Source: Thermodesulfovibrionia bacterium
GTDB lineage: Bacteria > Nitrospirota > Thermodesulfovibrionia > UBA6902
DNA length: 64,000 nt
Direction of reading: 5' to 3'
Assembly: GCA_945787795.1 (NCBI GenBank)
Contig: CALZJD010000001.1
Location: forward strand, 5,776-69,775
The notes under the pieces were generated by a model. That model saw only the letters and a list, made by a program, of their open reading frames with translations, ran no database searches and was not told the DNA's origin. This document shows positions 19,272 to 26,444 of the stretch, piece after piece. The first letter of the stretch is position 1. Each line of letters starts with the position of its first letter. The position numbers were made by a program, and so were the translations under genes.

Positions 19272-21292
19272 TTTTCGATTTTATACAGGTCTACAATATA
19301 TCTGTATTCTCCTGCTTTCTTTGTAGGTAAAACATTAAATCTTTCCATACGTTTTAATTTAGTCCCGGACAAATACTCCGGTATTGGTTTCCACTCTCCA
19401 TCCTGGAAACGTTTAATCAGAGCAAAATCAGGCTGAAATTTTTCTATAGGGTTTGTAAACTTTGGCTGAACATTCTTTTCCCAAAAATAAGAAATTGCGT
19501 ATGCGTCAGTTTCAATCGATAAGGTATCTGCTATCCCGCCAACTATGGTTGTGTCTGCATCCACATATTGTATTAACTTTCTTGATGTATCGATCATGGT
19601 AAAGGACATGTCTTTTGCCCATGATAAATAACTGTAGCCATTGATCAGGATAAATACAGTTACTATTACTACTGCTGTTTTTCTCGACAACTTTAGCCCA
19701 AAACTATTAATCGTCTGTTTTTTTATTAATTTTATTATGTATATTGATAACGTTACAGCTAAAATTAAAAAACACGTGACTAATATGGCGCTTCCAAAAT
19801 AGAGCCCCCTTTCAACGCCTGAAGAAATGTCGAATTCTCTGGAAATCTGCACAATCCAGTGTGTTAAGGTCAGGAAAGAAAAAAAGTATACGAACAGGAA
19901 AACGATAAGCAACTGCCTTAACTTAATAAACATTTGGGATTTTAAATTACCGTCCATTAAAAACCCCGATGTAAGCAATAAAATAATAATAGAGATCAGT
20001 CCTGATTGTCCCAATGTCAGATATACATTCCATCCTCCTAACAGATTAAGAACCTTAGTACCGGTAACTATGCCGTGAGACAATAAAAAATATGCCGGTA
20101 TAAGTAGCATCATGTAGGATAACAATTGAATATACCAGTATCCGTTATCTTTTTTGTAACCTTCAAACAGCGCTTTGGGAGATATGGAGTTTAATTCCAT
20201 CAGGGCCTTTGCTGAAAGGATACTCATTGGAGGTATAAGGATTAGATACCGTCTGTCCGGCTGATGATGCATAACAGCTATAAAAACGCAACCTATAATA
20301 AACCAGCTCATGGAAACAAACTCCAATGAAGACATTCTGGAGAGAAAAGACCGGGGACTATTTTTTACAGAACATATAATATAAAGAATATATACTAAGG
20401 ACAAAGTCGTCAAAACAGGCATCTGACCAAAAACAGGGCTTGTAGGGAAAATAGCAATAAATCTAAATGAATCAAGTAAACTGCTTGATACATTACCAGC
20501 ATAAATGAGAGGGTTGCTAGAAGTTGATACGCCAAATAAATATGCACTAAATAAATGCCATAAAAGAAAAATGGGGAGCATCCCCATTATGAAATATATA
20601 ATTGCAGATTTGTTATTAACAGCTTTGTCCTTTGTTTGAAATTCATTTTCAAAAATATATAATGCGACCACCACAGGTGCAATCACTATACCATTTGGCT
20701 TTGTAAGATAAGCAAATAATATAGAAAATCCTGAAAATATGTAAAACCATTTATTGTCTTTACCCATTTGCCAAAAATACACGGTAAGAACAATAAAGAA
20801 AAGAATCATGGTTTCCTGCAGGGCCAATCTATGATATGTTGTAAATACAAAACTAAAACCCGCCAGACATGTGCTAAGGATTGCCCCTTTCCTATTCCAC
20901 CCTTTTTTTACAAGTAGATAGAGGAAAATAATGGTTAACGATCCAGAAATCGCTGAAACCAGACGGGCCTGTATCAGACCTGTACCAAATATCTTAAAGG
21001 AAGCATATGTAGCGAGATGATGAAGGGGGGAGTTATAAATATTATTATGATTATCCATAATCCACTTATCAAACAATACATAATTACGTGCGTTTCGCGT
21101 CTTCCATCCTTCATCAGTGAAGAAATGATGATGCGTGTTCAGAGGGGGATCCGCACTAAGAAACAGAAATCTTGCAATGAATATCAACATAAACAGAATA
21201 AATACAAATGATCTTTTATCACTCCATAATTTCATAGTCGCAAGAGATTTTTCATAAATTTGACTCATATGAATTATCTTTGGGGTGTCCAT
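19268..21292 (-). CDS. GT-C fold (ArnT/PMT-like) membrane glycosyltransferase
   Basis: 674-aa polytopic ORF. The first-loop motif FLFLSADPPLNTHHHFFTDEGW (acidic DE in the first periplasmic loop), many TM segments and a soluble C-terminal domain fit the ArnT/PMT family, which uses polyprenyl-phosphate sugars. Confidence 0.7.
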   Translation of the reverse strand: MDTPKIIHMSQIYEKSLATMKLWSDKRSFVFILFMLIFIARFLFLSADPPLNTHHHFFTDEGWKTRNARNYVLFDKWIMDNHNNIYNSPLHHLATYASFKIFGTGLIQARLVSAISGSLTIIFLYLLVKKGWNRKGAILSTCLAGFSFVFTTYHRLALQETMILFFIVLTVYFWQMGKDNKWFYIFSGFSILFAYLTKPNGIVIAPVVVALYIFENEFQTKDKAVNNKSAIIYFIMGMLPIFLLWHLFSAYLFGVSTSSNPLIYAGNVSSSLLDSFRFIAIFPTSPVFGQMPVLTTLSLVYILYIICSVKNSPRSFLSRMSSLEFVSMSWFIIGCVFIAVMHHQPDRRYLILIPPMSILSAKALMELNSISPKALFEGYKKDNGYWYIQLLSYMMLLIPAYFLLSHGIVTGTKVLNLLGGWNVYLTLGQSGLISIIILLLTSGFLMDGNLKSQMFIKLRQLLIVFLFVYFFSFLTLTHWIVQISREFDISSGVERGLYFGSAILVTCFLILAVTLSIYIIKLIKKQTINSFGLKLSRKTAVVIVTVFILINGYSYLSWAKDMSFTMIDTSRKLIQYVDADTTIVGGIADTLSIETDAYAISYFWEKNVQPKFTNPIEKFQPDFALIKRFQDGEWKPIPEYLSGTKLKRMERFNVLPTKKAGEYRYIVDLYKIEK

Positions 21293-22491
21293 AATCTATC
21301 TCTTTTGCCGATAATATACTTACAAGTGCCATTTAAAACTGCCAGATTAACTGTACAGAAGTAGTATGGAATGAGAAGCAGTTTCATCTTCGACAGGTTT
21401 TTTTTATCGATTATATAACCAAGCAGAGCCATGCTATAAAACAATGACTGCAATTGAAAGATTAAATAATAGAACTTGTTGTCCAGAAGGAATAAATTAG
21501 AAGCAAAAACAGTTATCAGGAAAACTGGCACCATCCATCTAAGTATCTTATGCGAAAAAAGCTGATAAGAATAAAAGGGGAATTTAAAGGGGTTCAATAT
21601 TGAGGACATGTGCAGCAACCCCGAAATCGCCCTTGTTACGACCCTGCTCCTCATTTTGAATTCTTCCCCTGGGCTCTTTGAAGTTTGTTCTATCGAAATA
21701 GCCTCAGCATCCATAACTGAACGGACGCCCTTTAAATAAACTTTCATGGGAGTTAAGAAATCACCGTCAAGACTTCTGCTGTTAACTATTAATTTTAATG
21801 GTGATATCAGATCACTCAGGTATTCCTCATCGAAAGGGGTATATAATTGCCGCCTCATTGAGTATATACATCCTGCAGCACCCAGTACAGAATTAATGTC
21901 GCTCTCCATCTGCTTTATCCAGCTCTCATATCTCCAGTATAACGCCCCGCCGTCACCTATCACTGTGTCCTCATTATTAGCGTAAATAACTTCACCGGTT
22001 ACACAACCAACACTTTCATCATTATAATTTCTAACTAATTTTTTAATAGAATCTTTCCTGAAAATAGTAGGAGCATCTGAAAAGACAAGTATCTCTCCTG
22101 ATGCAAAAGATACAGCATAATTCTGTGCAGCTGTCTTGCCTTTTCTCTCTTGCAATCTTGCGAGAATTACACCCCGTTTCTCATATACTCTCACAATATT
22201 ATCTGTGTTATCTGTTGAGCAGTCTGATGCAACTATTATTTCGATCCTGTTTTTTGGGTAATCAAGTTCTAATGTGTTTTCGATCTTGTTCCTTATATTC
22301 TTTTCTTCATTATACGCAGCTATAATCACCGAAACACTTGGAGTGGTATCCTTTTTATCTACAGGCTTTCTCATAAATATACGAAGAATAGACAAGATAA
22401 CAGGGTAGATCGCATATGTATATAAAATCAGAAATATTGAAATCCAGAAAACTATCTCAGCCATTATGTCTGTCTCAATCATAAGTGGCAA
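21274..22491 (-). CDS. Membrane-embedded GT2 glycosyltransferase (synthase-like)
   Basis: 405-aa ORF with an N-terminal TM segment, the motifs VSVIIAAYNEEKNIRNKIENTLELDYP, IIVASDCSTD and LVFSDAP, a QxxRW-like FSHKILRW, and C-terminal TM helices. Confidence 0.85.
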   Translation of the reverse strand: MPLMIETDIMAEIVFWISIFLILYTYAIYPVILSILRIFMRKPVDKKDTTPSVSVIIAAYNEEKNIRNKIENTLELDYPKNRIEIIVASDCSTDNTDNIVRVYEKRGVILARLQERKGKTAAQNYAVSFASGEILVFSDAPTIFRKDSIKKLVRNYNDESVGCVTGEVIYANNEDTVIGDGGALYWRYESWIKQMESDINSVLGAAGCIYSMRRQLYTPFDEEYLSDLISPLKLIVNSRSLDGDFLTPMKVYLKGVRSVMDAEAISIEQTSKSPGEEFKMRSRVVTRAISGLLHMSSILNPFKFPFYSYQLFSHKILRWMVPVFLITVFASNLFLLDNKFYYLIFQLQSLFYSMALLGYIIDKKNLSKMKLLLIPYYFCTVNLAVLNGTCKYIIGKRDRLWTPQR

Positions 22492-23128
22492 CTACACAAT
22501 AGAGTTTACCTACTTTCTCTATTCTACTAATCCTGAAATCGGCCTCTTTCATAAGCCGCCTAATACCATTTTTTGTATAGAAATAGACATTGCATTTTTT
22601 AATGGCCAAACGAGCCTTTCTGACAGGCGCCCTCCATGTAAAAAGTCTCGGGAATGAAAGAATTACTTTGCCAGCAGTCAATTCCCTCATTTTTTTTACA
22701 ACTGGCAACGGCTCCTTAATGTAATCGAAGAGCCCAATACCTATGGTAATATCAAATTTCGCGTCTGTCTTATATTCAAGCAGGTCACTCTGCATAAAAT
22801 TACATTCCACATCCACACTGTTACGCTTTGCATACTCTTGTGATGCGTGAACCATATTATTGGAAATATCCAGACCAACAACATGCCCTGCCCCTCTTCT
22901 GGCAAACTCAATAGAATACTGGCCGCTTCCGCACCCGACATCTAAAAAAGTCTTTCCTTTTATGGGTTCAGAGTTATCCATAGTAAATTCAAACCTTTCA
23001 AACATGTCCTTTCTGAATATCCGGTCCAACCATACTTGCACCTTTGATTTTTTGTGCGTATAGATTGCATCAAAAGCTGTAAGCTCAGAGTCCCAAAATT
23101 CACTTTGCCTTTTGATTTCATTGCTCAT
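22475..23128 (-). CDS. Class I SAM-dependent methyltransferase
   Basis: 217-aa ORF with FLDVGCGSGQYSIEFARRGAGHVVGLDIS (motif I plus acidic loop). Confidence 0.85.
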   Translation of the reverse strand: MSNEIKRQSEFWDSELTAFDAIYTHKKSKVQVWLDRIFRKDMFERFEFTMDNSEPIKGKTFLDVGCGSGQYSIEFARRGAGHVVGLDISNNMVHASQEYAKRNSVDVECNFMQSDLLEYKTDAKFDITIGIGLFDYIKEPLPVVKKMRELTAGKVILSFPRLFTWRAPVRKARLAIKKCNVYFYTKNGIRRLMKEADFRISRIEKVGKLYCVVATYD

Positions 23129-23254
23129 GGTTAAATGCTCCCTTCATTTATTTAGTACTGATTTACACCAATAAATACAGAACAACAAATAAGTCTCTAA
23201 GAAATCAATTGTTTTTGAAATATTACAGCGCTGTTGAAATTTCTTCTTTTACAG

Positions 23255-23420
23255 ACCATGACGCAATGTCATTCCAAGCCTGCCTGCCGGTAGGCGGGGC
23301 GACAGCCTTTATATCTCTCAGTTGTAGCCGGTTGATATCATGAAATTCCCGATGCGGGTCTTCGCGAGAGTCGATTCGACTTCAATCCGTCAAGAATGAC
23401 AATTACCACGTTTTCATGGT
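23255..23420. repeat. Second nested inverted-repeat element (same terminal family as 6327-6477)
   Basis: The outer inverted repeat is ACCATGA (23255-23261) / TCATGGT (23414-23420). The inner one is TGTCATTC (23267-23274) / GAATGACA (23394-23401). The GC-rich interior contains the near-palindrome CCTGCCTGCCGGTAGGCGGGG. The element sits in the 337-bp spacer downstream of wecB. Confidence 0.6.
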
Positions 23421-23465
23421 TATGACACAGTCTATTAGTAGAAAGGGATTTATATAACTTTCATG

Positions 23466-24779
23466 TCACAGTGTCTTTGTGGATGAATAGTTACATAAAT
23501 TCAGTAAATACTCGATTATTTTATCACTTGCATTTCCACTGCCATAATAATTATTAGAATTGAAAGCAGTTTTCTTGCTTTTGCCACTAGACCGGAATGG
23601 AACCTCTTTGTTCTTCCCTTTCCCTTCAGCAACAGATAAACAATACTTAATTATTTTTTTTGTATCAGCACCCGCAAGGATATTCCAGCCGCTTTTTACT
23701 GTTTCTATCCATTCTGTCTCATCCCGTAATGTTATACAGGGAGTTTTAAAGAAGTATGCCTCTTTTTGCATGCCGCCGGAATCCGTCGCTATGGCTACGG
23801 CATGTTTTTCCAGAAGGATCATTTCAAGATATCCAAACGGTTCAAATATCTCAAATGACACAGCAATATTGTTCTGCCCGATAATTTTCCTTGTGCGTGG
23901 ATGAAGAGGCAAAACCACCTTTATGCCTTGATCGCTTACATAGTTTAGCGCTTTAATTATACTGCGTAAGCGAATTGTATCGTCGGTATTTTCGGCCCGA
24001 TGGACTGTACAGAGGATAAAAGGCCGGAGATTGTTCTTACTGTCAAATAAATTCATTCTGTTTAAAATATCGGGCTTTTTTTCAGCAATTTTCAGATAAT
24101 ATAAAGCCGTATCATACATCACATCCCCTGCATTAAAGACGATACAAGACGGTCTATTCGCTGATAGATCAATTCTGCTGACTTTATTATTTCCTATGCC
24201 TTCTTTTTTTAAATTTTTTACAGCTGTATCAGTGGGACAGAATAATATATCAGAGAGTTCGTCACTGACTACCCTGTTGACTTCCTCTGGCATACGCCTG
24301 TTATAACTTCTCAGCCCGGCCTCAATGTGTACGAGTATAGGGCGCAATGCTTTATTCGTAAATGATGAACATTGCTTGCGGTTCTTATTCAGACAGCTCT
24401 CATCATACTTGACTTTACTGGCAATTAAAGCGCCTGCTATTGTTGAATTGGTATCGCCGTAAACTAAAACCATATCAGGGTATTCTGTATATACGACTTT
24501 TTCTATTTTCCCCAGCATCTCACCTGTCTGCATCCCATGAGATGCTGATCCCACTCCAAGATTATAATCAGGCTCAGGCAATGCCAGGTCATCGAAAAAT
24601 ATTCTCGACATATTTTCATCATAATGCTGTCCTGTATGTACTATGACTTCTTGTATATACACCCCTTCGGGATTCCTGAAGTTATGATTTTTTACGGCCC
24701 TTGATACCGCCGAAGCCTTGATAAACTGGGGCCGGGCTCCGATAATGGTCATTATTTTTAAGGTCTCTCTGTATTTCAT
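23466..24779 (-). CDS. wecB: UDP-N-acetylglucosamine 2-epimerase (non-hydrolysing)
   Basis: Motifs IMTIIGARPQFIKASAVSRAV, HTGQHYDENMS, YGDTNSTIAGAL, HIEAGLRSYNRRMPEEVNR and TDSGGMQKEA. I chose the start at 24779 (MKYRE...), which forms an ATGA overlap with the deacetylase stop. The track ORF extends to 24935 only by running into the upstream gene. The protein carries internal insertions and a C-terminal extension relative to canonical WecB. Confidence 0.9.
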   Translation of the reverse strand: MKYRETLKIMTIIGARPQFIKASAVSRAVKNHNFRNPEGVYIQEVIVHTGQHYDENMSRIFFDDLALPEPDYNLGVGSASHGMQTGEMLGKIEKVVYTEYPDMVLVYGDTNSTIAGALIASKVKYDESCLNKNRKQCSSFTNKALRPILVHIEAGLRSYNRRMPEEVNRVVSDELSDILFCPTDTAVKNLKKEGIGNNKVSRIDLSANRPSCIVFNAGDVMYDTALYYLKIAEKKPDILNRMNLFDSKNNLRPFILCTVHRAENTDDTIRLRSIIKALNYVSDQGIKVVLPLHPRTRKIIGQNNIAVSFEIFEPFGYLEMILLEKHAVAIATDSGGMQKEAYFFKTPCITLRDETEWIETVKSGWNILAGADTKKIIKYCLSVAEGKGKNKEVPFRSSGKSKKTAFNSNNYYGSGNASDKIIEYLLNLCNYSSTKTL

Positions 24780-25624
24780 AATTTCCCCATATTCAGAACA
24801 CTGCTCATAGGCACAAAGCTGAGGGTAGATAAGAGGTGCCTTAGCTTTCCCATAGTCCTGTCGAGATTGACATAATGTCTGAACCTCGATTTCAGCCCGG
24901 CCTTTATCCTTGGCTGTCCAGGATCTATCTCCCATGGATGAAAATAGAGGACTGCCGGCTGCCCTTCCCTGAAATTAATATGATCAATAGCTTTTCTTAT
25001 CATCCCTGCAGGAAACAGTCTGAGGTATCCTCCGCCTGAAACCGGGATCCTTGTTTCTAAGCTCAGAAAGCGAAGTTTCAGCGTTGACAGAGGGAATTCC
25101 CTTATTGTACCGGAAGAACATTCTATATTATAAGGAAACCTCTTTGCATCAGGGATGCCATATATGTCGTGAATCACCGGGAAGATACTTGAGTCATAGA
25201 GAAAACCCTCTTCGACAAGAATATCTATCGCCCAAAGTGACTCACTTGTTATTGAATAGCTCGGCGCCCTGTAGCCGGTTATTCTCTTTCCTGAGATATC
25301 CTCAAGCAGGGCTTTTGATCTCCTTATGTCATCCCTGAACTTCTCAGGGCCTATACGGTATATTAACTGATGTCCAAAACCGTGACATGCTATGTCATGT
25401 CCCCTCTCCTGTATTTTTTTTATCAGCAAAGGCCGCTTTTCAGCTACCCAGCCAAGCACAAAAAAGGTTGCCCGCACCTGGAACTCATCCAGCAAGTCAA
25501 GTATCTTTAATGTATTATCCTCTACCCTGAGCGGGTACCTATCCCAGTCCTTTGTGCTTATCGACTTTTCAAAGGCAGTAACCTGGAAGTAGTCCTCAAC
25601 GTCGATTGTAAGTGCGTTTAACAT
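24776..25624 (-). CDS. Polysaccharide deacetylase, PEP-CTERM/XrtA-locus type
   Basis: 282-aa ORF with the N-terminus MLNALTIDVEDYFQV, then RATFFVLGWVAE, HDIACHGFGH and ITGYRAPSYS. This is the CE4-like fold with the characteristic C-terminal extension seen in exosortase-associated loci. Confidence 0.85.
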   Translation of the reverse strand: MLNALTIDVEDYFQVTAFEKSISTKDWDRYPLRVEDNTLKILDLLDEFQVRATFFVLGWVAEKRPLLIKKIQERGHDIACHGFGHQLIYRIGPEKFRDDIRRSKALLEDISGKRITGYRAPSYSITSESLWAIDILVEEGFLYDSSIFPVIHDIYGIPDAKRFPYNIECSSGTIREFPLSTLKLRFLSLETRIPVSGGGYLRLFPAGMIRKAIDHINFREGQPAVLYFHPWEIDPGQPRIKAGLKSRFRHYVNLDRTMGKLRHLLSTLSFVPMSSVLNMGKL

Positions 25625-25648
25625 TACTCAGATTATTGATAATAGATG

Positions 25649-26191
25649 CTAAATATCTTTAATAAACTTGTCCTGTCGCCTTTTCCACAGCCATATTCCG
25701 CCCAAAAAAAGTGCTGAATAGCCCAGCTCAAAACTAATGAAAAGCGCATGGCTGGAATGAAATAATCCCTTTGAGTGTTTAACTGCTGGAAAGAATGATA
25801 CAGATGATATAAAAAAGTCATCTGTAAACGGCCATAACAGAAGTATGCCTTTACCTCCGTCAGTAAAGAAATCCAGTAACAGATGGGAACCATAAATCAT
25901 AAAAGTCAAGAGGGACAATCGAATGAATATCTTCCTGTTAAAAAGAATGCAGAGCAAGCCGACGACTGCACTGACAATGAATGTAAAACTTAAACTATGT
26001 GTAAAACCATGATGGTATTTTTTGCCGGCAAGTAATTGTGGAATAAAATCAAAATCGGGCAGAGTTGCAATAAACATACAATAGATTACGTAAACAAGCC
26101 AGCTTTTACTCCATGCAACACTATGCTTATCCAGTGGGAAAAATCGAAAGATAACGTATCCGGTGATCGTATGTGCAATAGGTGATGGCAT
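25649..26191 (-). CDS. Membrane-bound metal-dependent hydrolase (YdjM/DUF457-like)
   Basis: 180-aa ORF with MPSPIAHTITGYVIF, LPDFDFIP, HHGFTHSLSF and several TM segments. Confidence 0.6.
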   Translation of the reverse strand: MPSPIAHTITGYVIFRFFPLDKHSVAWSKSWLVYVIYCMFIATLPDFDFIPQLLAGKKYHHGFTHSLSFTFIVSAVVGLLCILFNRKIFIRLSLLTFMIYGSHLLLDFFTDGGKGILLLWPFTDDFFISSVSFFPAVKHSKGLFHSSHALFISFELGYSALFLGGIWLWKRRQDKFIKDI

Positions 26192-26444
26192 TGTTTCTGG
26201 TCATAGCTCTAATGCGTATTGTGCCTAAAGCTGATGTTAATTTATGTCAGGATTAACCACGCCTGATTTTAAACTTGAGATGATGGATATAGCAATGTTT
26301 GCGTAAGGTCATGCAAATTGGACGTATGTTTAATTAACTTTTATTTCTTTCCAACCAATGATCTTAACGCAAAGTATGTCAAGCTATTTTGAGCAAACCC
26401 TAAAATATTCTTGTTTTATCTTAATCTTATTATACAAGTTACCA

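Noticed and set aside
25633-25893. 86-aa minus-strand ORF overlapping the YdjM-like gene. The same applies to other short same-strand alternative-frame ORFs (935-1129, 2889-3185, 9174-9359, 16687-16908, 22741-22941, 28166-28348, 33384-33611, 39066-39254, 39901-40197, 54190-54378, 54906-55112, 59156-59338).
   Set aside because: They are out-of-frame overlaps with longer ORFs that carry clear family motifs, so there is no independent support for them.
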